Positions 1 to 11,979 of a stretch of 64,000 bases of DNA are shown here, piece after piece. Below the pieces are notes generated by a model that did not search any database, was not told the origin of the DNA, and was given only the letters and a program-made list of their open reading frames with translations. Each line of letters begins with the position of its first letter. Within the stretch, counting starts at the first letter, position 1. The translations under genes and the position numbers were made by a program. The DNA comes from Mobula hypostoma. Taxonomy: Eukaryota. The stretch lies in contig NC_086101.1 in assembly GCF_963921235.1 (NCBI RefSeq), positions 31,868,001 to 31,932,000 on the forward strand. The letters run 5' to 3'.

Positions 1-388
1 ATACCGAAGAACATCTTTTTAAGGTGATTGCAGAAAGTGTCGGGGCGATGTCAGAGGGGAGCATGGAACACTGCTGTGGTCGTGATGGAGACTGGCACAT
101 TAAGGACAGTTCAGAGACTCTTAGTTAGTCACATGGATGAAAGAAAAATGGACAATTTGTGAGAGGGATGTGTTAGATTGACCGTGGACTGGTCTAAGAG
201 GTCAGCACAATTTTGTGGGCCAAAGGGCCAGTACTGTGCTATACCGTCCTGCTCCATGACCCTACAGAGAGAGGCCAAGACAACACGGATACTGTTATAA
301 TGGGAGAAGGAAACGTGGTGGGGAATGGTGGGGTGAAGATGGGTGACATTGGACGCCCATGTACCGCACAACCAGTGGTGTTTCTTAC

Positions 389-652
389 CGAGGAACAGGA
401 CGAGGGGCTCGGGGAGACCCCGGTGTTCCACCCGACAGGAGAACTTTGCTGTGTCCGTGGGCTCCACCCGCACCGTCCTGGTCAGCTGGTAGGTGTTGTC
501 GTGGTTGGGGAGGATCCCATGGAAATGGATCTCCTCCAGGATCCGGCCGTCCCGCAGAATAGTCACGTCGATGTACTGAGGGTAGAATCCAGTGGCCACA
601 CAGGAGAGCTGGCGGCCATCCTCGGAGGCGGTGAACGAGACTTCAGGGGGAT
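389..652 (-). CDS. MHC class I alpha3 (Ig-C1) exon, cassette B1
   Basis: 264 bp exon bounded by cag| and |GTAAG, phase 1-1. Encodes PPEVSFTASEDGRQLSCVATGFYP...KFSCRVEHRGLPEPLVLFL with both Ig-C1 cysteines. Confidence 0.95.
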
Positions 653-874
653 CTGGGGTGGGAGAGAAAGAGGAAGCATTGAGTGGAGGTAGGAAGGGGA
701 TGGGAAGAGGAGACTGCGTGGGGGGTGTTGCAGAGGAGGTGGCGGGGCTGGTGAAGGTGGGAAGGGGTGGGCAGAGGAGGCGGCAAGGGGTGGGCAGGGG
801 AGGGTGGAGATGGGGGTTGCAGACACTGACTTCCACTCCCTGGCACACACATTGACCCCACCCCACGCACTCAC

Positions 875-1147
875 TGGGTTCAAGGTGACTCCCCCCGGCC
901 TTGACATATTTCATCAGCCATTCGATGCAGGTGTGCTCCAGGTATCCCTTCCAACCCTGGTTCATGGCTGTGTCCCGGTCCCACTTGTTCTTAGTGATGA
1001 TACCCCAGGGCACAGGGGTCACCCACACCATCCGGTCCTTGTCGAAGAGGATGAAGTCTGACCCATCCCAGCCGTACTGCAGGAACCCGGCAGTGGTCCC
1101 GTCGTCACGGAGCTCACAGCCGGACATCCTCTGGAGAAAGTGGATCC
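875..1147 (-). CDS. MHC class I alpha2 exon, cassette B1
   Basis: 273 bp exon, ttccag|GG...A|GTGAGT. Encodes IHFLQRMSGCEL...WDGSDF...TKNKWD...YLEHTCIEWLMKY with C101/C164, T143, K146, W147, Y159 and Y171. Confidence 0.95.
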
Positions 1148-1639
1148 CTGGAACACATCATCCATTGGCGAGTTGTGGGGCTGTGGAAAACTTTCCATCC
1201 TGCAGATGTGGCTTTTGTTTCCACTCCCCCAGGCAGAACCAATATACACCCCACACGTTCCCCCACCGTTCACAATCCCCACTGTCACCGCTGAACAGAC
1301 CCCACCGTCACTTCTTCACCGCAACCCACCATTGACCCATCCCTACCATCACCTTCCATGTCACCCCTCACCTCCAACACGGTCCCCACCCACATCCTAC
1401 CATCACTCTCTCTCCCCACCACTGCATCTGACTCCTGCCCCGTCTCTACCATCACCCCAGCCCTCCCCACCCTGTATGATCTCTACTATCAGCCCCAAGA
1501 CAAAACCTACCATCAACCGTCACCCCCACACAATCACCATTGTCACCCCCGCCAGCCCCACAATACCTAACATCACCCCTGCCACCCCTTGCAAAATCAC
1601 TGACGACACCCACACCTACCCTCCCGCAGCCCCCTGTGC

Positions 1640-2180
1640 ATCCCCATGATCGTTAACGGCACCCCTGCACAACCACATGATCCCTAACGTCACCCCTGTA
1701 CACCCCCATGCTCACTGTCACCCCTGTACATCCCCATGATCCCTAACATCTCCCTTACCATCCCCAACAATCCCCAACACCCCGTCACCACAATTTCTAA
1801 TGTCATCCCTGCCATCCCTCCCACATACCCTAACATCACCCCTGCACCCCACAATCGCTAATGTTGCCCCTGCTAACAACCACCATCCCTCACTTCACAG
1901 TCCACAATCCCTAATGTCACCTCTACCACCCCCCCATGATCTCTAACGTCACCCCTGCTGTCCCCCACAATCCCCAACAACACCCCTCCAACCCCAAGAT
2001 CCCTAACATCACCCCTGCCATACCCAACAAAGCCCAACAACACCCCTGCCACCCAATCCCTAATGCCATCCCTGCCACCTTTCCCACGTGCCCTAACGTC
2101 ACTCCTGCCACCCCACAATCCCTAATGTCACCCCGGCTAACACCCACCATCCCTCACTTCACAGCCCACAATCGCTAATG
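1640..2180. repeat. C-rich degenerate minisatellite in intron 2 of cassette B1
   Basis: Recurrent ~27-28 bp motif of the type CCCCACAATCCCTAA(T/C)GTCACCCCTGC. Boundaries approximate. Confidence 0.75.
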
Positions 2181-2410
2181 TCACAGCCGGCACCCCCACC
2201 TCAGTCCATTGCATGACCCCCACCCCAATCACTACCATCATCTCCACCACCCCACAAACCCCACCGTCACCTTCCACACCCCTCCCCACCCCACCATCTC
2301 TACCATCAGCCCCCCCAACCACCGAAACCGTGCCTGCCATCACCCACCTAATCCCCACAACTGTGTGTTCCCCTCTGCCACCCCTCCCCGCAGCATGGTT
2401 CCCCACTCAC

Positions 2411-2671
2411 CACTCGTCTGGTTGGTCCGGTACATGAGGGTCTGGATTTCGGCCTGGGCCCACTGCTCATCGCCCTGAGAGATCCTTGTCTCCCGTTCCC
2501 AGTAGTCAGGTCCCTGAGTCTCCGCCATCCACTGCTGACGGGGAACCGACCGTCTCAACACACTGTCGTAGTAACTGATCAACAACTCATCCACATACCT
2601 GACGGTAATGAACTCAGGGACCCCCGACCCCGGGGTCACCGCCGTGGAGAAATAACGGAGAGAGTGAAAGC
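2411..2671 (-). CDS. MHC class I alpha1 exon, cassette B1
   Basis: 261 bp exon, ttccag|GC...G|GTGAGT. Encodes FHSLRYFSTAVTPGSGVPEFITVRYVD...GPDYWERET...YRTNQTS with Y7, Y59, R84 and the N86 sequon. Confidence 0.95.
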
Positions 2672-3678
2672 CTGGAACTGGATCTGAGAGTCAGAGAATA
2701 ACTTATATCTGAAACCAGGACCCTGAGGCCCAAGATGCCGGGCTTCACCCCCAACCCCCTGAGAGAATCAGAGTCCTAAAACCAGAGAATCAGGACTGTC
2801 CCCTCACCCCAAGGGGCATTTCAGCTGCACCTGAAGACAGTGAGAGTCCAAATCCCTGATCACATCTGCAGATCCCTGGCTGAGTTGCCTATATCCATGA
2901 GCTGTGGTGTCCCAACCCGGTGATGGAGCGGGGTTATGAAACAAGACACGTTCACCCGGACCAGACTGGGTTCAATCATCAGTGTGTCTCTCTGAGCTCA
3001 GGGTAAGTTGCTCTGTGAGGATAGGGATGTGCTCAGTGCAGGTGGGAAAACTCCCAATCGGGGTGAGGACTCGTACGTGCTCCCTCCCTGGTTTAGTTTC
3101 TCCCTGCTGTCAGTGGAGAGACCAGCTGAGAACTGAGGTCAGGCCGAAGGAACTAATTCCATACAGTCTGGCCCGCTGACTCTTGCACTGGGGGAAAGTA
3201 GAGCACAAAGTTACAGTTAGTCTATGAGATGATAAGAGGCACAGATAATGTGGACAACCAGCTTTTGCCTTAACCAGGAAGCAACGCCTAATACCGAAGA
3301 ACATCTTTTTAAGGTGATTGCAGAAAGTGTCGGGGCGATGTCAGAGGGGAGCATGGAACACTGCTGTGGTCGTGATGGAGACTGGCACATTAAGGACAGT
3401 TCAGAGACTCTTAGTTAGTCACATGGATGAAAGAAAAATGGACAATTTGTGAGAGGGATGTGTTAGATTGACCGTGGACTGGTCTAAGAGGTCAGCACAA
3501 TTTTGTGGGCCAAAGGGCCAGTACTGTGCTATACCGTCCTGCTCCATGACCCTACAGAGAGAGGCCAAGACAACACGGATACTGTTATAATGGGAGAAGG
3601 AAACGTGGTGGGGAATGGTGGGGTGAAGATGGGTGACATTGGACGCCCATGTACCGCACAACCAGTGGTGTTTCTTAC

Positions 3679-3942
3679 CGAGGAACAGGACGAGGGGCTC
3701 GGGGAGACCCCGGTGTTCCACCCGACAGGAGAACTTTGCTGTGTCCGTGGGCTCCACCCGCACCGTCCTGGTCAGCTGGTAGGTGTTGTCGTGGTTGGGG
3801 AGGATCCCATGGAAATGGATCTCCTCCAGGATCCGGCCGTCCCGCAGAATAGTCACGTCGATGTACTGAGGGTAGAATCCAGTAGCCACACAGGAGAGCT
3901 GGCGGCCGTCCTCGGAGGCGGTGAACGAGACTTCAGGGGGAT
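3679..3942 (-). CDS. MHC class I alpha3 exon, cassette B2
   Basis: 264 bp, intact splice sites; protein identical to the B1 alpha3. Confidence 0.95.
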
Positions 3943-4164
3943 CTGGGGTGGGAGAGAAAGAGGAAGCATTGAGTGGAGGTAGGAAGGGGATGGGAAGAGG
4001 AGAGTGCGTGGGGGGTGTTGCAGAGGAGGTGGCGGGGCTGGTGAAGGTGGGAAGGGGTGGGCAGAGGAGGCGGCAAGGGGTGGGCAGGGGAGGGTGGAGA
4101 TGGGGGTTGCAGACACTGACTTCCACTCCCTGGCACACACATTGACCCCACCCCATGCACTCAC

Positions 4165-4437
4165 TGGGTTTCAGGTGACTCCCCCCGGTCTTGACGTATT
4201 TCATCAGCCATTCGATGCAGGTGTGCTCCAGGTATCCCTTCCAACCCTGGTTCATGGCCGTGTCCCGGTCCCACTTGTTCTTAGTGATGATACCCCAGGG
4301 CACAGGGGTCACCCACACCATCCGGTCCTTGTGGAAGTGGATGAAGTCTGACCCGTCCCAGCCGTACTGCAGGAACCCGGCAGTGGTCCCGTCATTACGG
4401 AGCTCACAGCCGGACATCCTCTGGAGAAAGTGGATCC
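4165..4437 (-). CDS. MHC class I alpha2 exon, cassette B2
   Basis: 273 bp, intact splice sites, open frame; 5 aa differences from B1. Confidence 0.95.
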
Positions 4438-5089
4438 CTGGAACACATCATCCATTGGCGAGTTGTGGGGCTGTGGACAACTTTCCATCCTGCAGATGTG
4501 GCTTTTACTTCCACTCCCCCAGGCAGAATCAATATTCACCCCACACGTTCCCCCACCGTTCACAATCCCTACTGTCACCGCTGAACAGACCCCACCGTCA
4601 CTTCTTCACCGCAACCCACCATTCACCCATCCCTACCATCACCTTCCATGTCACAATGCACACCCTACCATAACTCTCTCTCCCCACCACTGCATCCGAC
4701 TCCTGCCCAGCCTCTACCATCACCCCACCCTTCCCCACCCTGTACGATCCCCACCTTCAGTCCCAAGACAAAACCTACCATCACATCCGTCTCTAAAATC
4801 CCCGTCACCCCACACAATCCCTGCCATCCCACCACCACAAATCCTTATGTCACGCCCACCAGCCCTACAATTCCCACCACACCCCACCCCATATGGTCCC
4901 TAACGTCACTCCCTCCCCCCTCACACCCGCACTCTCCCCCATCACCTCCCACCCCCCTGCATATTCCCTATCATCACTCCCTTACTCAAATATTCTTTAT
5001 TGTCAACCCCCTACCCCCACACTGGCCCTACTCTCACCCCCACACCCGCTCAAAACTTACCATCAACTGTCAGTCCCGCCAGCCCCACA

Positions 5090-6000
5090 ATCCCTAACAT
5101 CACCCCTGCCACCCCTTGCAAAATCACTGACGACACCCCCACCATCCCTCCAGCACTCTCTAACATCCCCCTGCACATTCCCATGATCACTAACGTTACC
5201 CCCGTACACCCCCATGATCACTAACATCACCCCTGTAGATTCCCATGCTCCCTAACGTCACCCCTGCACACCCATGATCACTAACGTCACCCCGTACATC
5301 CCTTTGATCACTAAGGTTACCCCTGTACACCTCCATGATCAATAACGTCACCCCTGTACACCCCCATGATCACTAACGTCACCCCTGTACATCCCCATGA
5401 TCACTGACGTCACCCCTGCACATCCCCATAATCACTAACATCACCCCGTACATCCCTTTGATTACTAAGGTCACCCCTGCCACCCCTCCTACATGTCCTA
5501 TCGTCACCACTACAACCCCACAATCCCTAATGTCACCCCTGTACACCCCCATAATCCCTAACGTCTTCCCTGTCATCCCCAACAATCCCCAACACCCCGC
5601 CACCACACTCTAATGTCATCCCTGCCATCCCTCCCACATACCCTAACATTGCACCCCACAATCCCTAATGTCACCCTGCTAACACCCACCATCCCTCACT
5701 TCACAGTCCACAGTCCCTAACGTCACCTCTACCACCCCCATGATCCCTAATGTCACCCTGCTATCACCCACAATCCCCAACAACACCCCTCTAACCCCAA
5801 GATCCCTAACATCACCCCTGCCATACCCAACAACGCCCACAACACCCCTACCACCCAACCCCTAAAGCCATCCCTGCCACCTTTCCCACGTGCCCTAACG
5901 TGATCCCTGCCACCCCACAATCCCTAATGTCACCCCTGCTAACACCCACCATCCCTCACTTCACAGCCCACAACCGCTAATGTCACAGCCGGCACCCCCA
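5090..6000. repeat. Expanded C-rich minisatellite in intron 2 of cassette B2
   Basis: Repeated GATCACTAACGTCACCCCTGTACA(C/T)CCCCAT-type units. Intron is 1773 bp versus 1263 bp in B1. Confidence 0.8.
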
Positions 6001-6210
6001 CCTCAGTCCATTACATGACCCCCACCCAATCACTACCATCACCTCCACCACCCCACAAACCCCACCGTCACCTTCCACACCCCTCCCCACCCCACTATCT
6101 CTACCATCAGCCCCTCCAACCACAACACCATGCCTGCCATCACCCCCCTAATCCCCACAACTGTGTGTTCCCCTCTGCCACCTCTCCCCGCAGCATGGTT
6201 CCCCACTCAC

Positions 6211-6471
6211 CACTCGTCTGGTTGGTCCGGTTCATGAGGGTCTGGATTTTGGCCTGGGCCCACTGCTCATCGCCCTGAGAGATCCTTGTCTCCCGTTCCC
6301 AGTAGTCAGGTCCCTGAGTCTCCGCCATCCACTGCTGACGGGGAACCGTCCGTCTCAACTCACTGTCGTAGTAACTGATCAACAACTCATCCACATACCT
6401 GACGGTAATGAACTCAGGGACCCCCGACCCCGGGGTCACCGCCGTGGAGAAATAACGGAGAGAGTGAAAGC
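6211..6471 (-). CDS. MHC class I alpha1 exon, cassette B2
   Basis: 261 bp, intact splice sites, open frame; 4 aa differences from B1. Confidence 0.95.
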
Positions 6472-7324
6472 CTGGAACCGGAGCAGAGAGTCAGAGAATA
6501 ACTTATACCTGAAAGCAGGACCCTGACTCCAAGATGCTGGGCTTCACCCCCAATCCCCTGAGAGAATCAGAGTCCTAAAACCAGAGAATCAGGACTGCCC
6601 CCTCACCCCAAGGGGCATTTCAGCTGCACCTGAAGACAGTGAGAGTCCAAATCCCTGATCACATCTGCAGATCCCTGGCTGAGCTGCCTATATCCATGAG
6701 CTGTGGTGTCCCAACCCGGTGATGGAGCGGGGTTATGAAACAAGACACGTTCACCCGGACCAGACTGGGTTCAATCATCTGTGTGTCTCTCTGAGGTCAG
6801 GGTAAGTGGCTCTGTGAGGATAGGGATGTGCTCAGTGCAGGTGGGAAAACTCCCAATCGGGGTGAGGACTTGTACGTGCTCCCTCCCTGGTTTAGTTTCT
6901 CCCTGCTGTCAGTGGAGAGACCAGCTGAGAACTTGCACCAAGTTCCCCACCAGTAGCAGCACTCTTCCAGCTCCTATAGAGTGCTTCTCACTTCACCTCT
7001 GACCCACAGTGATTCCTGGGTACTGAGAGGTATTCCTGGGATTACTGACAGGATGTCCAGAGGGTGGGGCTATTACACCTCCCACAAGAGGGTGACCTCT
7101 GTCCCATGTGCCGCTGTCTCTGGAAAACCACATTGAAAGCAGAGACAGGATCTAACTGTACGACACACTCTCCATTGATGGACAGGATGTCGCTCAGTCA
7201 ACAGAACCAGAGGCAACAGTGGGACAGGAGGAATTTGTGGGATCACTGGTGGAGGAAAGGAATAGGAAGGGTAGGAAAAGAAGGTGCGGCCATTCTATTA
7301 GATAACATTTAGCCTTTAGTGAAG

Positions 7325-7470
7325 GGATTGCACGGTAATGTAACAGTTAGCATAGCACCTTGTAGTGGCAAGGATCTGGGTTCAATTCCAGCTAAACTCT
7401 GCAAGGAGTTTGTACATTTTGCACATGAATGTGTGGATTTCATCTCGGAGCTCCAATTTCCTCTCACATG
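7325..7470 (+). mobile_element. Degenerate tRNA-derived SINE (shark HE1-like)
   Basis: Box A/B-like head (...GTTAGCATAGCACC...GGGTTCAATTCC) followed by the GGAGTTTG(T/C)ACATT body typical of elasmobranch SINEs. Confidence 0.55.
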
Positions 7471-7917
7471 CAGGCAACTATTTTCTCTGCACGTAGAAAA
7501 GACTGGGGATAAAAGAATTCGAGATGGGGACATTGGTCTGTCGCGTCTGCAGGATATGGGAGTATAGAGACATTTCCACACCTCATTAACTACTGTTGCG
7601 GGATGTGCGTCCAGCCACAGCTCATCGCTGGCCACACAGGGTTGCTGGACTCACTGTGGGTCACCTTGGATGCAGAGAATCTGGTAGAAGGTTCACCTAG
7701 TGATCTGGTCACGTTGCAGGCCCAGAATGAGAAGGTGGGTAACCACCAGGTAGGGCGGTAAGGACGGGTACGTGGTATCTGGAACACTCAGAGATCAATG
7801 TCCTCTCAACAAGTATACTATGTTGGATACTGATTTCCGAAAGAAACAACCACCAAGATTGATCTTTGAATGTTTCCTATCCATGTACCTATCAAAGTAC
7901 CTTTTAAATGTTGTTAA

Positions 7918-10900
7918 ATTACGAACAAGAGGAGACCTGCAGATGCTGGAAATCCGAGCAACACACACAAAATGCTGGAGGAACTCAGCAGGCCAGGCAG
8001 CATCTGTGGAAAAAGTACTTTGGACCTTTCGGGCCACAATCCTTCGGCAGGACTGGAGAAAAAAAGCTGAGGAGTAGATTTCATAGGTGGGGAGACGGGG
8101 GAGAGGAACACCAGGTGATAGGTGACACTTGGGTGGGAGGGATGAAGTAAAGACCTGGGAAGATGGTTGGTGAAAGAGACAGAAGCCCACCGAAGAAAGA
8201 AAAAGGGGGAAGGAACACCAGAGGGAGGTGATGGGTGGGCATGGAGATGAGGTAAGAGAGGGAAAAGGGGATGGGAGATGGTCGGGATGGGGTGCGGGGT
8301 GTTGGGGGACATTACCGGAAGTTTGAGAAATCGACGTTCATGCCATCAGGTTGGAGGCTAACCAACCTGTTCCTCTAACCTAAATATGGCCTCATCACGA
8401 CAGTGGAATTGAAATGGGTGGCCGCTGGGAGATCCCACTTGTTCTGGCAGACGGAGCGTAGATGCCTGGCAAAGCGGTCTCCCAACCTACATTGGGTCTC
8501 ACTGATATACAGGAGGCCACACCGGGAGCACCGGACACAGTATATGATCCCAACAGACTCACAGGTGAAGTGTTGCCTCATCTGGAAGGACTGTTTAGGG
8601 CCCTGAATGGTAGTGAGGGAGGAGGTGTAGGGGCAGGTGTAACACTTGTTCCGCTTGCAAGGATGCTCAATGGGATTCTCAATCGCCGGTTCTTTGACTT
8701 TCTCACGTCCTGCAAGGATCGGAAGATCTCCCGTCTACAGACCACCAAACCTATTGACTCCTATGCCGGCAGGCCCAGACGTCTCCAGACCGCGATCTCT
8801 GCTGCTGACCTCAACGGCTCTAACTATCCAGAGCAGATTCAAAACCCGGACTCCACCACCATGAGTGCAGGTTCCAATGACCTCAGACATCACCAAAGTG
8901 CCTATTGTGCAACCTGCAACTCCATCTCCGGCCTTGACCTCCATGCTGGGTCTTCAGGAGCTGCTGCTGGCACCCCCGTCTCCCCCTCCCCCACCGCCAT
9001 TCCTCAATCCCGTTTCTTTCAGATCCCACCGCCAGCTCTTGGGCTCTCGGAGACTCCCTCTTTTCTCCCTCCACCATCCTGAACACCCCAAACCTCCTTT
9101 CCCCTCAGACACTATCAACCCCCAACCACCTCTGATCCCAGCTCCCATCCGTGCTGGGTCTTTACCATTCCCTCCAACCTTCCCCTCTCTGAGGCAGAAT
9201 GTTCTGTCCTCAGTAAGGGCCTCAGCTTTGTCCCCCTGTGCCCATGACTCAGTGAGTTCCACATCCGCCACAACGCTAAGCTCTTCTTCCGCCATCCCCG
9301 TCTCCGAGCCTATTTCTTTGGCAGGGAATCTCCACCACGCACCAATGACCCCTTCTCCCATCTTCAACCATTCTCCTCTTCCTTGATGCCCCACCTTGGT
9401 CTTCTACCTGCTCTGGACCTTTTCATTGCCAACTGTTGACATGATATTAGCTGTCTAGACTTTAATACTCCTCTCTCCTATTCCAACCTAATTTCTTCCG
9501 AACGATCGGCTCTCCACTCCCTTCGCTCTAATCCTAACCTCACCATCAAACCCGCAGATAAGGGAGGCACTGTAGTAGTCTGGCGTACTGACCTCTACTT
9601 TGCTGAGGTCCAGCGCCAACTCTTAGACACCTCTTACTTACCCTCGAACAGAATCCCACTAAGGAACACCAGGCCATTGTCTCCCACACCATCACCAACC
9701 TTATTGACTCTGGGGATCTCCCATCCACCGCCACCAACTTCATAGTTCCTGCACCCCACACCTCCTGTTTCTACTTCTTACCCAAGATCCACAAACCTGT
9801 TTGTCCAGGTAGACCCATTGTTTCAGCTTGTACCTGCCCCACTGAACTCATATCTGCATACCTCGATTCTGTTTTATCCCCCCAGTTCAGTCCCTTCCCA
9901 CCTACATCCGTGACACCTCACATGCTCTTGATCTATTCAAGGATTTCAAGTTCCCCGCCCCCATCATCTTATTTTTACTATGGATGTCCAGTCCCTATAC
10001 ACCTCCATCCCCACCAGGAAGGCCTCGAACCTCTCTGTTTTTTCTGGACACCAGACCTAACCAGTTCCCCTACACCACCACTCTCCTCTACTTAGTGGAA
10101 CTTGTCCTCACTCTAAATAATTTCTCCTTTGGCTCCTTCCACTTCCCTCAAACAAAAGGTGTAGCCATGGGCACTTGCATGGGTCCCAGCTATGCCTGCC
10201 TTTTTTGTCGGCTACATGGAACATTCTATGTTCCAAGCCGACACCGGTGGCCGCCCCCCATTTTCCCTATGCAACATCGACGACTGCTTTGGTGCTGCTT
10301 CCTGCAGCCATGCAGAGTTCGCCAACTTCATCCACTTTGCCTCCAACTTCCACCTTGCCCTTAAATTCGTCTGGTCCATTTCCAACACCTCCCTTCCCTT
10401 TATCAATCTCTTTGTCTCTGTTTCTGGGAACAGCTTATCTACTGATGTCTATTACAAATCCATGGACTCTCACAGCCACCTAGCCTACACCCCATCCCAT
10501 GCTACTACTTGTAAAAATGCCATCCCCTTTTCTCAATTTACCCACCTGCACTGCATCTGCTCTCAGGATGATGCTTTTCATTCTAGAATGAAGGAGATGT
10601 CATCCTTTTTCAAAGAAAGGGGTTTCCATTCCTCCACCATCAATGCTGCCCTCAATGGCATCTCTTCCATTTCATGCACCTCTGCTCTTACTCCAACCTC
10701 CCTCCTCCGGCCACCCTACCTGGGATAGGGTTCCTGTTATCCTCACCTACCATCCCACCAGTCTCCGCATCCAGCACATAATTCTCCGAAACTTCCACCA
10801 CCTCCAACGGGATCGCACCACCAAGCACATTTTTCCCTCCCCCCCCCCCGACTTTCCACTTTCCGCAGGGATCGCTTCCTGCATGACTCCCTCGTCCATT

Positions 10901-11699
10901 CATCCCTCCCCACTGATCTCCCTCCTGGCACTTATCCTTGCAAGCCAAACAAGTGCTACACCTGCCCCTGTACCTCCTCCCTCACTACTATCCAGGGCCC
11001 TAAACAGTACTTCCAGGTGAGGCGACACTTCACCTGTGAGTCTGTTGAGGTCATTTGCTGTGTTCGGTGCTACCGGTGTGGCCTCCTGTATTTCGGTGAG
11101 ACACAACGTAGATTGGAAGACTGCTTTGCCGAACTTCTATGCTCCATCCGCTAGAACAAGCGGGATCTCCCAGTGGCCACCCATTTTAATTTCACCTCCC
11201 ATTCCTATTCCAATATGTCCCTCCATGGCCTCCTCCATTGTTGTGATGAGGCCACACTTAGGCTGGAGGAACAATACCTTGTATTCCGTTTGGGTAGCCT
11301 CCAACCTGATGGTATGAACGTCAATTTCTTGAACTTCCAGTAATGCCCCCAACCCCACTTCTCTATTTCCCATCTCCATTTCCCTCTCTCACCTCATCTC
11401 CATATCCACTCATCGCCTCCCTCTGGTGTCCTTCACCCTTTTTCTTTCTTCCATGTTCTTCTGTCTCTTTCACCAATCAACTTCACAGCTCTTTACTTCA
11501 TTCCCCCCCCCAACCCTCCAGATTTCATCTATCAGCTGGAGCTTCTCCCCACCGCGCACCCCCCCCACCTTTCAAATCTACCCCTGAGCTTTTTTTCCCT
11601 CCAGTCCCGCAGAAGTATTTCGGCCTGACACGTCAACTGTACTCTTTTCCATAGATGCTGCCTGGCCTGCTGAATTCTTCCAGCATTTTGTGTGTGCAG
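7918..11699 (+). mobile_element. Penelope-like retroelement (RT + GIY-YIG), degraded, with an inverted 3' arm at 7918-8663
   Basis: RT motifs QTKGVAMGTCMGPSYAC, (Y)IDD-like NIDD and KNAIPFSQF. GIY-YIG region HFTCES..I.CVRC..CGLLY.GET occurs on + (~11020-11150) and on - (8375-8581). A 17 bp direct repeat CTTTTAAATGTTGTTAA flanks it at 7901-7917 and 11700-11716. Confidence 0.9.
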
Positions 11700-11979
11700 C
11701 TTTTAAATGTTGTTAATGTACCTGACTCAACCACTTAATCTGGAACCTTCTCTGGCAAAGATGAACCACACATTAGGTGCAGAAGCTGCCCTTTGTTAAC
11801 TTATCTTCCCTTCACGTTAAACCTTTTCCCACAAGTCTTGATCACCCAACACTAGAAAAAAGATTGTGAGCATTCACCCTCAAGATGTTACCATAAGAAC
11901 AGAAGGCATAGAAGCACAATGAGCTATTCAGCCCACTGAGCAGGCACTGCCATCTTAACATTCAAGGTTTCAATGAGAT

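Larger units (their letters stand above)
3135..6933 (-). repeat. Tandem duplication unit (~3.8 kb) containing alpha1-alpha2-alpha3 only
   Basis: 1-3134 is a near-identical copy of 3291-6933 (offset 3290 on the alpha3 side, 3800 on the alpha1 side). The junction follows CCAGCTGAGAACT at about 3134. Confidence 0.9.

Noticed and set aside
389-652. Missing Ig-core Trp (VTILRDG) and terminal Trp in alpha3
   Set aside because: Shared by all three copies and, from recollection of shark UAA sequences, a lineage trait rather than a novelty.
129-1127. 332 aa ORFs (129-1127 and 3419-4417) as intronless MHC genes
   Set aside because: They are alpha2, a 222 bp in-frame intron 3, alpha3 and read-through. 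Canonical splice sites delimit the real exons. Intron retention cannot be excluded but has no support.
7325-7470. tRNA gene
   Set aside because: tRNA-like boxes belong to a decayed SINE head (as at about 58715-58770); no cloverleaf can be built.
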